64,000 nt of DNA from Rickettsiales bacterium (GTDB lineage Bacteria; Pseudomonadota; Alphaproteobacteria; Rickettsiales; JABIRX01). Positions 38,183 through 45,518 of the stretch are shown piece by piece (position 1 is the first letter of the stretch; each line of letters opens with the position of its first letter). The DNA is taken from the NCBI GenBank assembly GCA_965658435.1, contig CBFHSE010000002.1:239-64238 (forward strand), given 5' to 3'. The translations under genes were made by a program, and so were the position numbers. The notes under the pieces are model-generated. The model saw nothing but the letters and a program-made list of their open reading frames with translations, did not search any database and was not told where the DNA came from.

Positions 38183-39874
38183 ATGATACTGAGACCAAGA
38201 CAGCAAGAATTTGTAGATAAGAGTGTTGCCGCCCTAAAAGAACATGGCAACACTCTGGGAATAGCTCCAACAGGTGCAGGCAAAACTTTGATTCTATCCA
38301 AAGTCACAGGAGAGATAGTTCAAAAAAAGCAAAAAGCTCTAATTCTTGCTCATCGTGATGAGTTAACTTCTCAAAATAGGGATAAATTTCTTAAAATTAA
38401 TCCTAAATTTTCTACATCAATTTTTGATGCTAAAGAGAAATCGTTTGCTGGTCAGGCTGTTTTTGCCATGGTGCAAACTTTATGCAGGCAAAATAGCCTG
38501 AACCAAATTCCTAAAATTGATTTTTTGGTAATTGATGAAGCTCATCATTCAACATCAGATTCTTACCAAAGGATTATCGCTCAAGCAAAAAGTCTAAATC
38601 CAAATCTTCTAATTTATGGCGTAACCGCAACTCCTAATAGAAGCGATAAGAAAAACCTATCTGGCGTATTTTCTAATGTTGCTGATCAAATCAGGATATC
38701 AGAGTTAATTGCGTCAGGTCATTTAGTGCCACCTAGAACCTACATCATAGATGTTGGCACGCAAAGAGATTTAGGCAAAGTTAAGAAAACTGCTGGTGAT
38801 TTTGATATGAAGGAAGTTGAGGAGATTATGAATAAGTCTCCGATCACTCAGGAAGTTTTCAATAAATGGCAAAAATATGCCAGTGACAGAAAAACAGTAA
38901 TTTTTTGTTCCACTATTAAGCACGCAATTTCTGTTGCAGAAATTTTCAATAATAATGGCGTCAAAACAGTTTTAATTCATGGAAATTTAACTGATTTAGA
39001 GAGGAAAAACACTTTAGCCGAATATGAAACTGGTGACGCAAAAGTAATCGTAAATGTAGCTGTTCTAACTGAGGGTTGGGATTATCAGCCAACCTCCTGC
39101 GTAGTTTTGCTTCGTCCCTCCTCATTTAAATCTACCATGATTCAAATGATTGGTAGAGGGCTTCGAGTGGTATGTCCTGATCTTCATCCAAATATCAGCA
39201 AAGATGATTGCATAATTTTAGATTTTGGAACTTCTAGCCTAACTCACGGCTGTTTAGAAGTTGATGCAAATTTAGAAAATAACAAAAAATCAGATAAGAA
39301 AAAGCAGCCAAATTCACAGAAAAATTGTTTTGAATGCGATGCTCTAATTCCTAGCACTTCAAAAGAATGCCCCTTATGTGGAGCTGATCTTCATATTTTA
39401 GAACAAGAAGAGGTAAAGGAAGAGTTGGTTGGTTTTGAGATGACAGAAATTGATCTACTTACCAAAAGATCAAACTTCAAATGGTGCGATCTATTTGATG
39501 ATGAATCTTCCTTTATGGCCTGCGGCTTTAATGCATTTGCTGGAGCTTTTTTACTAAATGATAATTGGCACGCAATTGGTGGTAGTGAGTTTTTAGGGGT
39601 AAAATTATTAGCACATGGTTCAAAACAAATTTGCCTTGCTGCAGCCGATGATTTCCTCAATGAAAATGAAACCTACGAGAACGCCTATAAATCCAAAAAA
39701 TGGCTAAATGAAGCGGCATCAATAAAACAGATCAATCTCCTACCTCATAAATACCGAACCGATTTTGGCATCACCAAATATAAGGCAGCCAATCTCCTCA
39801 AATTCCATTTTAACAAAACAGCAATCAAGAGCCTGTTACTTGAGCATCAACCTCAAATGCGAGGCGTGTCATGA
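38183..39874 (+). CDS. Superfamily-2 DEAD/DEAH-box helicase with C-terminal zinc ribbon
   Basis: LRPRQQEF, APTGAGKT (motif I), VIDEAHH (II), TATP (III), VAVLTEGWD (V), QMIGRGLR (VI), and CFECD...CPLCG. Confidence 0.85.
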   Translation: MILRPRQQEFVDKSVAALKEHGNTLGIAPTGAGKTLILSKVTGEIVQKKQKALILAHRDELTSQNRDKFLKINPKFSTSIFDAKEKSFAGQAVFAMVQTLCRQNSLNQIPKIDFLVIDEAHHSTSDSYQRIIAQAKSLNPNLLIYGVTATPNRSDKKNLSGVFSNVADQIRISELIASGHLVPPRTYIIDVGTQRDLGKVKKTAGDFDMKEVEEIMNKSPITQEVFNKWQKYASDRKTVIFCSTIKHAISVAEIFNNNGVKTVLIHGNLTDLERKNTLAEYETGDAKVIVNVAVLTEGWDYQPTSCVVLLRPSSFKSTMIQMIGRGLRVVCPDLHPNISKDDCIILDFGTSSLTHGCLEVDANLENNKKSDKKKQPNSQKNCFECDALIPSTSKECPLCGADLHILEQEEVKEELVGFEMTEIDLLTKRSNFKWCDLFDDESSFMACGFNAFAGAFLLNDNWHAIGGSEFLGVKLLAHGSKQICLAAADDFLNENETYENAYKSKKWLNEAASIKQINLLPHKYRTDFGITKYKAANLLKFHFNKTAIKSLLLEHQPQMRGVS

Positions 39875-40233
39875 AAGTCTGTCAAATATGCAAAAGAGAA
39901 GCAGGAGGATTTGGATTTATTCCTCCTCCCCTTCGAGCAGGAGATCCAAGGAATCAGAGATATAGGAAATATTTTTGCTCTCGCAACTGCCAAGAAATTT
40001 TTAGTAACCATTTTAAAGAAAAAACAATGATCGATTTAACAAGAAAGGAAAAAGACTCAATCGAATATGCATTAAAACCACTTGGTGAATATGTAGCAGA
40101 AATAGGCATGAACAGACCAGTTGCTGATTACTCAAGAGAAGAAGTTCTTTGTCTAATTGAAGTGGCTGTCACTGCCTATCAAGAATCTATGCAGCAAAAA
40201 GAAGCTGACTCAATGGAGGATTTGCCATGCTAG
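39871..40233 (+). CDS. Hypothetical protein with N-terminal CxxC...CxxxC zinc-ribbon-like motif
   Basis: MKVCQICK...FCSRNCQE. Overlapping start and stop codons tie it to its neighbours. Confidence 0.4.
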   Translation: MKVCQICKREAGGFGFIPPPLRAGDPRNQRYRKYFCSRNCQEIFSNHFKEKTMIDLTRKEKDSIEYALKPLGEYVAEIGMNRPVADYSREEVLCLIEVAVTAYQESMQQKEADSMEDLPC

Positions 40234-40985
40234 ATTTTAATCACAGACCAAAATTATCAGAGGAAATATCAGCTCTAATTGATAAGGCGCTCACAAAAGA
40301 AAATGAGCAACAAACCCCAAGGGACTATCTAGGAGCATCTCGCCTTGGAGTCAGTTGTAATAGAGCTTTACAATTCGAATATACCAAAACTCCAAAAGAT
40401 GAAGGTCAGAATTTTACTGGCAAGATTTTAAGGATATTTCAGGCGGGGCATGTTTTTGAAGAGTTGGCAATTAAATGGTTAAGAGATGCTGGCTTTGAGT
40501 TAGTCACAAATAAATCAAATGGCGATCAGTTTGGATTTTCTGTGGCTGATGGAAAGATCAAAGGTCATATTGATGGCGTAATCACATCAGCACCAAACAG
40601 GTTAAACCTAAAATTCCCAATGCTATGGGAATGCAAATCTTTAAACAATAAATCCTGGAACGATACTGTTAAAAAAGGATTGGTAATTTCAAAGCCAATC
40701 TATGCGGCTCAAATTGCTATCTATCAGGCTTACATGGAAAGCTCTATCCCTGATATTTCTAAAAATCCTGCTCTTTTTACAGCGATTAATAAGGATACAG
40801 CAGAGATCCATTTTGAATTAATCCCCTTCGATAAATCCCTAGCTCAAAGCCTAAGTGATAAGGCGGTCAAGATTCTAACGGCGACTGAAGCAGGGGAATT
40901 ATTACCCAGAATATCAAGTGACTCCTCCTATTTTGAATGCCGGTTTTGCCCATGGAGTGAGCGTTGTTTTAATCTCAAATTTTAA
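40227..40985 (+). CDS. PD-(D/E)XK nuclease, Cas4/RecB-exonuclease-like with Cys cluster
   Basis: GHIDGV...LWECKS is a D...ExK core. One N-terminal Cys (VSCNR) and the C-terminal CRFCPWSERC match the Cas4-type Fe-S ligand arrangement. Confidence 0.7.
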   Translation: MLDFNHRPKLSEEISALIDKALTKENEQQTPRDYLGASRLGVSCNRALQFEYTKTPKDEGQNFTGKILRIFQAGHVFEELAIKWLRDAGFELVTNKSNGDQFGFSVADGKIKGHIDGVITSAPNRLNLKFPMLWECKSLNNKSWNDTVKKGLVISKPIYAAQIAIYQAYMESSIPDISKNPALFTAINKDTAEIHFELIPFDKSLAQSLSDKAVKILTATEAGELLPRISSDSSYFECRFCPWSERCFNLKF

Positions 40986-40991
40986 ATAAAT

Positions 40992-43106
40992 ATGAATGAT
41001 TTTTTAGATTTTAACAGCGCCAATAATCAATATTCTACTCCAGAAAAGCTTGATACTGATAGCATTAGAAATGCTCTGCTTAGCAGAATAGATGAAGCTC
41101 TACATTATTTACTACCCAATGGACATGTTCAAAATAACTGTTTTTATATTGGTGACACAGATGGCAATAAAGGCAAAAGCCTAGTTGTTCAGCTACAAGG
41201 AGATAAAAAAGGAAGTTGGTTTGATTTTGCTACTAACCAAGGTGGTGATCTTTTTAATCTATGGGCTGAGGTTAGAGGATATGGTAAAAATGAATTTCCA
41301 AAACTTTTAACCGAAATTAATGAGTGGTTAGGAAATGCGCCAACTAACCGGAAATTCCAGCCAGTTCAAAAACTTCCCCCAATGGATATTCTTGGCAAAC
41401 CATCTGCCGAGTGGAACTATCTTGATCAAAATAACCGACTCCTCGCCGTTGTTTATCGCTACGATAATGACCAAGGCAAACAATTTAGAATCTGGGATGT
41501 AAAATCAAGAAAAGCAAAAGCGCCAGATGTCAGGCCGCTTTACAATATTCCAGCTATAAAAACTTCTAAAAAAATAATCCTCGTTGAAGGAGAGAAAACA
41601 GCAGATGCCTTAATTGAGAATGGTTTTACTGCAACAACCGCAATGTTTGGTGCAAATGCCCCAATTGAAAAAACCGACTGGTCACCACTTCAAGGTAAAG
41701 AATTAATCATCTGGCCAGATAATGATGAGGCTGGCAAATCCTACGCAGAGAGGTTATCCAAACATCTAACAAATATCTGCTCTTTCATTTCAGTTCTAAC
41801 GCCTCCTGATGATAAAAAAGATAAATGGGATGCCTTTGACGCTGTAGTAGAAAAATTTGATATTAGAAGCTTCCTAAATACTGCAAAAAGTTCTGATCCA
41901 AAATTACCAAGCTTCACCATATCAGAGTTTCTAAATGATGAAACTCCAATGCCAGAGGATTTAATCTCACCAAGATTATTAACCCCTGGCGGACTTCTTC
42001 TAATTGGTGGTGCTCCCAAAGTTGGAAAGAGTGATTTTTTGATAAATTTCTTAATCCATATGGCAGCAGGCGAATCATTTCTTGGATTAAAACCACCAAG
42101 ACCTCTTCGCATATTTTATCTGCAAGCAGAGATTGGCTATCATTATATGAGAGAGCGTATTAAGAAGCTAAAAGTTTCAAAAGAAACAATTGCTAAAGCG
42201 TCCAGCAATTTAGTCTCCACCACTAATATTCAGATGATCCTAAATGATGATGGCGTTGATACAGTTTATAAAACTATCGCTCATAATTTTCCTAATCAAA
42301 AGATAGATATTTTATGCATTGATCCAATCAGGAATCTCTTTGACGGAGGAGCTCCCAATTCTAGTGAAAATGACAATAATGCCATGTTGTTTTTCCTACA
42401 AAATAGAATTGAAAAGCTCAGATCAATGCTCAATCCAGATATGGGTATTATCCTTTGTCATCATACCAAAAAAATTAAAAAGAAAGAAGTTGAAGAAGAT
42501 CCGTTTCAAGCATTTTCTGGTGCTGGAAGTCTAAGAAGCTTCTATTCAAGTGGCTTAATTTTGCACCGTCCTGACGAGCTTGATTCAAGGATAAATCTAT
42601 ATTTTGAATTAAGAAATGGTTCATCGATCCCACGCAAAATAGTTGAGAAAGAAGATAATAAATGGGTTGAGCTAAATCCATTTTCTGAGCGCTTAATTAA
42701 GCAGGATTATGGCAATAAGTTAGATGCTGAAAGACATAGAAAGTCCGATGTTGTTTTAGATTTAATTGCTGAAGAAGCACTCAAAGGAAACCTATATACC
42801 AGCAATCAATTTGCAGAAAAATTCGAGAGCAAAGCAAGTCTTGGCGGAAATAAAACAATCAGGGAGCGCATATCTGTTTTAGCAACCAAAGGATATATCA
42901 AATTCACTAATGAGGCAACAAGCCTTGGCTATGAAAGATGTCGCTCCAAATATGGTTTAATCTGCGTTGAGAACATGGAGTTTACGAATAGCTCAGGAAG
43001 CAAGCAAAGCGTTCTACCAACCCATTTTAAATGCCCAAATACAGGAGCCGCTCTTCCTGTGGAAAATAATAAAATATGGGTTTTGCATGAGGAGGTAGAA
43101 TCATGA
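40992..43106 (+). CDS. Bifunctional primase-helicase (TOPRIM plus RepA/DnaB-like P-loop ATPase)
   Basis: TOPRIM motifs ILVEGEKTADAL and IWPDNDEAGKSYA. Walker A IGGAPKVGKSDF and Walker B ILCIDPI. Confidence 0.8.
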   Translation: MNDFLDFNSANNQYSTPEKLDTDSIRNALLSRIDEALHYLLPNGHVQNNCFYIGDTDGNKGKSLVVQLQGDKKGSWFDFATNQGGDLFNLWAEVRGYGKNEFPKLLTEINEWLGNAPTNRKFQPVQKLPPMDILGKPSAEWNYLDQNNRLLAVVYRYDNDQGKQFRIWDVKSRKAKAPDVRPLYNIPAIKTSKKIILVEGEKTADALIENGFTATTAMFGANAPIEKTDWSPLQGKELIIWPDNDEAGKSYAERLSKHLTNICSFISVLTPPDDKKDKWDAFDAVVEKFDIRSFLNTAKSSDPKLPSFTISEFLNDETPMPEDLISPRLLTPGGLLLIGGAPKVGKSDFLINFLIHMAAGESFLGLKPPRPLRIFYLQAEIGYHYMRERIKKLKVSKETIAKASSNLVSTTNIQMILNDDGVDTVYKTIAHNFPNQKIDILCIDPIRNLFDGGAPNSSENDNNAMLFFLQNRIEKLRSMLNPDMGIILCHHTKKIKKKEVEEDPFQAFSGAGSLRSFYSSGLILHRPDELDSRINLYFELRNGSSIPRKIVEKEDNKWVELNPFSERLIKQDYGNKLDAERHRKSDVVLDLIAEEALKGNLYTSNQFAEKFESKASLGGNKTIRERISVLATKGYIKFTNEATSLGYERCRSKYGLICVENMEFTNSSGSKQSVLPTHFKCPNTGAALPVENNKIWVLHEEVES

Positions 43107-43119
43107 AAAATTTATACGA

Positions 43120-43445
43120 TACAGCAAGTTGCCTCAAGATGCCTTTCGCTGAATTACCCAATAATACTAAAACTTACTCACATCTACTATCAGGCAAGTT
43201 GCCTTACTTGTCAGCAAGATGGCAATGCTTTGCCAACTTGGCGGTACAAACATACTCACACTTACTATTTTGCACTCACAAGCAAGATGGCAAAGAGCTC
43301 ATTTTCAGACATCAAAAATGGCAAGTTGGCAAGGCTGCCAACTACTGGTTTTACTGGTCTCAACCACCCTAATTCAAGTTGGAACTCTTTCACCCTATTA
43401 CTTACGTAATAGAGAGCCAAAGGGCTCTCTTAATTACCGTAATAG
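43120..43445. repeat. Iteron cluster plus perfect hairpin, putative phage replication origin
   Basis: GCAAG(T/A)TG(C/G)C occurs five times in direct orientation (43124, 43194, 43214, 43282, 43321), and TGCCAACT occurs twice (43231, 43336). A longer unit AAAC(T/A)TACTCACA..TACTAT occurs twice (43169, 43248), and TACTGGT occurs in tandem. An 8-bp perfect hairpin AGAGAGCC-aaag-GGCTCTCT sits at 43411-43430, flanked by CGTAATAG repeats. Confidence 0.55.
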
Positions 43446-43507
43446 GGATTGGGTGATCGTGGATTTCGATCATCAGCATATTCTAACAACACGAAATTTA
43501 AAAAATT

Positions 43508-43975
43508 ATGAAAAACAAAAAAATTCTAGCATTAGATCTAGGAACAAAAACAGGCTGGGCAGTTTGTCTGGCTGATCAAAAAATTCTTAGTGGAACTGAG
43601 AATTTCAAATCAACACGCTTTGAAGGTGGAGGCATGCGTTATCTTCGCTTCAAGAATTGGCTTGATGAAATGAACAAGCTCTCTGGCACAGTTGATCAAA
43701 TCTACTTTGAGGAAGTCAGGCGCCATATCGGAGTTGATGCAGCACATGCCTATGGTGGCTTTTTAGCTCATCTCACCGCTTGGTGCGAAGCGGAGAATAT
43801 CCCATATCTTGGCATTCCAGTTGGCACAATCAAGAAGCACATCACCGGCAAAGGCAATGCCTCAAAAAGCCAGATCATCAGCAAAATCGCAGAAATGGGA
43901 TTTGCTCCCAAAGATGACAATGAGGCTGACGCTTTGGCTCTACTGGATTTAGTAATCAAAGATCAAGCGAGGTGA
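43508..43975 (+). CDS. RuvC-like Holliday junction resolvase (phage type)
   Basis: ILALDLGTKTGWAV (first Asp), YFEEV (Glu), DDNEADALALL (terminal Asp pair). Confidence 0.8.
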   Translation: MKNKKILALDLGTKTGWAVCLADQKILSGTENFKSTRFEGGGMRYLRFKNWLDEMNKLSGTVDQIYFEEVRRHIGVDAAHAYGGFLAHLTAWCEAENIPYLGIPVGTIKKHITGKGNASKSQIISKIAEMGFAPKDDNEADALALLDLVIKDQAR

Positions 43976-44196
43976 ATATGCAAAAAGATTATCAAAGCCC
44001 ACTGGGCAAAATGCAGCCAATAAAAATCGACATTGAGAAAGTCAAAAAAGATGGTTGGAAAAATGACGGAATATTGGTGGTCAAAAAGGATGATAAGCGT
44101 CTGAGCTGGGATGAGCAAGAGCTTATCAAACAAATTGGCAACAAAATTTACAACAATCAAAATAGGCAAAAAAATGGAAAATCAAAAATGGACTAA
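43972..44196 (+). CDS. Hypothetical small phage protein
   Basis: ORF coupled by ATGA to the RuvC-like gene. No motif recognised. Confidence 0.35.
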   Translation: MNMQKDYQSPLGKMQPIKIDIEKVKKDGWKNDGILVVKKDDKRLSWDEQELIKQIGNKIYNNQNRQKNGKSKMD

Positions 44197-44551
44197 AGAA
44201 ATCGTTGCTGATCGCTTTGAGGAGGCGGTCAGAACTTTAAGGAGACTTCCTGCAGTCAGGGTTAATGGTTATATGTCAGCTTGGCCAGAAATCATCTACA
44301 CCAAGAGAGAAATAGCCATGATGGATCAAAAACCAAAAAGATGGCCACCTACTGCTGAGGCTATATCCAACATGGAAGAAACCTGCAAATGGATAAATCT
44401 TTTAGATGAAATTGATGATCGCAAAGTCATTTGGCTAAGAGCCTCAAGACTACCTTGGAAAGAAATTTGCACAAAATTGGGAGTTGCTAGATCAACAGCC
44501 AATTGGAGGTGGCAAAAAGCTATACTCACAATTACTAACAAACTAAATTGA
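44174..44551 (+). CDS. Putative phage transcriptional regulator with C-terminal HTH
   Basis: LPWKEICTKLGVARSTANWRWQKAI resembles a sigma region-4 / HTH segment. Start chosen at MENQKW; the ORF opens at 44111. Confidence 0.45.
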   Translation: MENQKWTKEIVADRFEEAVRTLRRLPAVRVNGYMSAWPEIIYTKREIAMMDQKPKRWPPTAEAISNMEETCKWINLLDEIDDRKVIWLRASRLPWKEICTKLGVARSTANWRWQKAILTITNKLN

Positions 44552-44676
44552 TTTCCTATGTTTACTAATCACTAAAAAACCATTGGACATTTCAGGCTTA
44601 TTTGAGCTATATTTTTTTCATCCTCAAAAAATTGTAGCTACAAATCTTCGAAGAAAAAAATTAATATTTTGCAACC

Positions 44677-45258
44677 TTGGCAATCATAAACTTACATTTG
44701 GAAGATCAGGCAACAAAAAGCCTAAACCAGATTGCAAGCAGACAAATACCATTCATAGCCGCAAAGAGCCTGACTAATGTGGCGCAGAAGTCACAGGCGG
44801 AAGTTAAAAAACATATCAGGGATGAATTTCATATTCGCAAAAAATCAGGTGGATTTGAAAGCAGCATAAGAATCAAACCAGCTAATAAGAAAAACCTAAC
44901 CTCACAAATTTACACCATGGCAGCATTTGCTAGCCTACAGCAAACTGGAGGTAAGAAGAAAGCCAGAGATGGCAGGCTGGCAATACCGGTCTACAATAAC
45001 ATCAAGGATGTTAAGAGAAATACAGTCAAGAACAGCCCATCGGCATATCTTGCTGGTGATGCCTTCAAGATGAGAACAAAATCAGGTAAGGAAGTGATAG
45101 CGCAGCGTAAGCGTGGTGAATTGAAGATTTTATATTTCTTAAGGAAGGAAGCGGATGTTGAGAAGAGGTTTGATATGATTGAGGTCACTACCAAGGCAGT
45201 CAATGACTCCTTTGGCATGATCTTTAGAAGAAATTTACAGGATGTTTTGAGCAAATAG
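44677..45258 (+). CDS. Hypothetical phage protein (TTG start)
   Basis: A 193-aa ORF, basic in composition, with no motif recognised. Confidence 0.4.
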   Translation: MAIINLHLEDQATKSLNQIASRQIPFIAAKSLTNVAQKSQAEVKKHIRDEFHIRKKSGGFESSIRIKPANKKNLTSQIYTMAAFASLQQTGGKKKARDGRLAIPVYNNIKDVKRNTVKNSPSAYLAGDAFKMRTKSGKEVIAQRKRGELKILYFLRKEADVEKRFDMIEVTTKAVNDSFGMIFRRNLQDVLSK

Positions 45259-45450
45259 TAAACAAAAGTGTTTGTTAGTAAACATGCTCCCTTTCTTTAT
45301 TTAAACTAACAGAATAAAATAGGTACTGTCGGGCCTTTATCCATCGAGGGTAACGCGCACCGCAGCACTTTTTTAGCGTTAGCCTTTTAAAAGGGGTACG
45401 CGCTCACTTCAAGAAATAGGCATCAAGCCTTATCATTACTAGACCTATCA

Positions 45451-45492
45451 AGGCGCGTACTAATTAATTTTGGTACGCGCCTTTTTTATTTT
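45451..45492 (+). terminator. Rho-independent terminator
   Basis: AGGCGCGTAC-(12 nt loop)-GTACGCGCCT is a perfect 10-11 bp GC-rich stem, followed by TTTTTTATTTT. Confidence 0.65.
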
Positions 45493-45518
45493 AAACGAAA
45501 ATCTTTTAAGAAAATTTA

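Noticed and set aside
43120-43345. A CRISPR array.
   Set aside because: The repeats are only about 10 bp, irregularly spaced and partly inverted. No cas genes are present. No CRISPR-like array occurs anywhere in the window.
43103-43575. Two overlapping ORFs (89 aa and 118 aa) after the primase-helicase. The first is coupled by ATGA to the upstream stop.
   Set aside because: Both translate the iteron array; the peptide TYSHLL is repeated because the DNA is repeated. The composition is odd and no motifs are present. I treat the region as a non-coding origin, though the ATGA coupling leaves a small chance that the 89-aa ORF is real.
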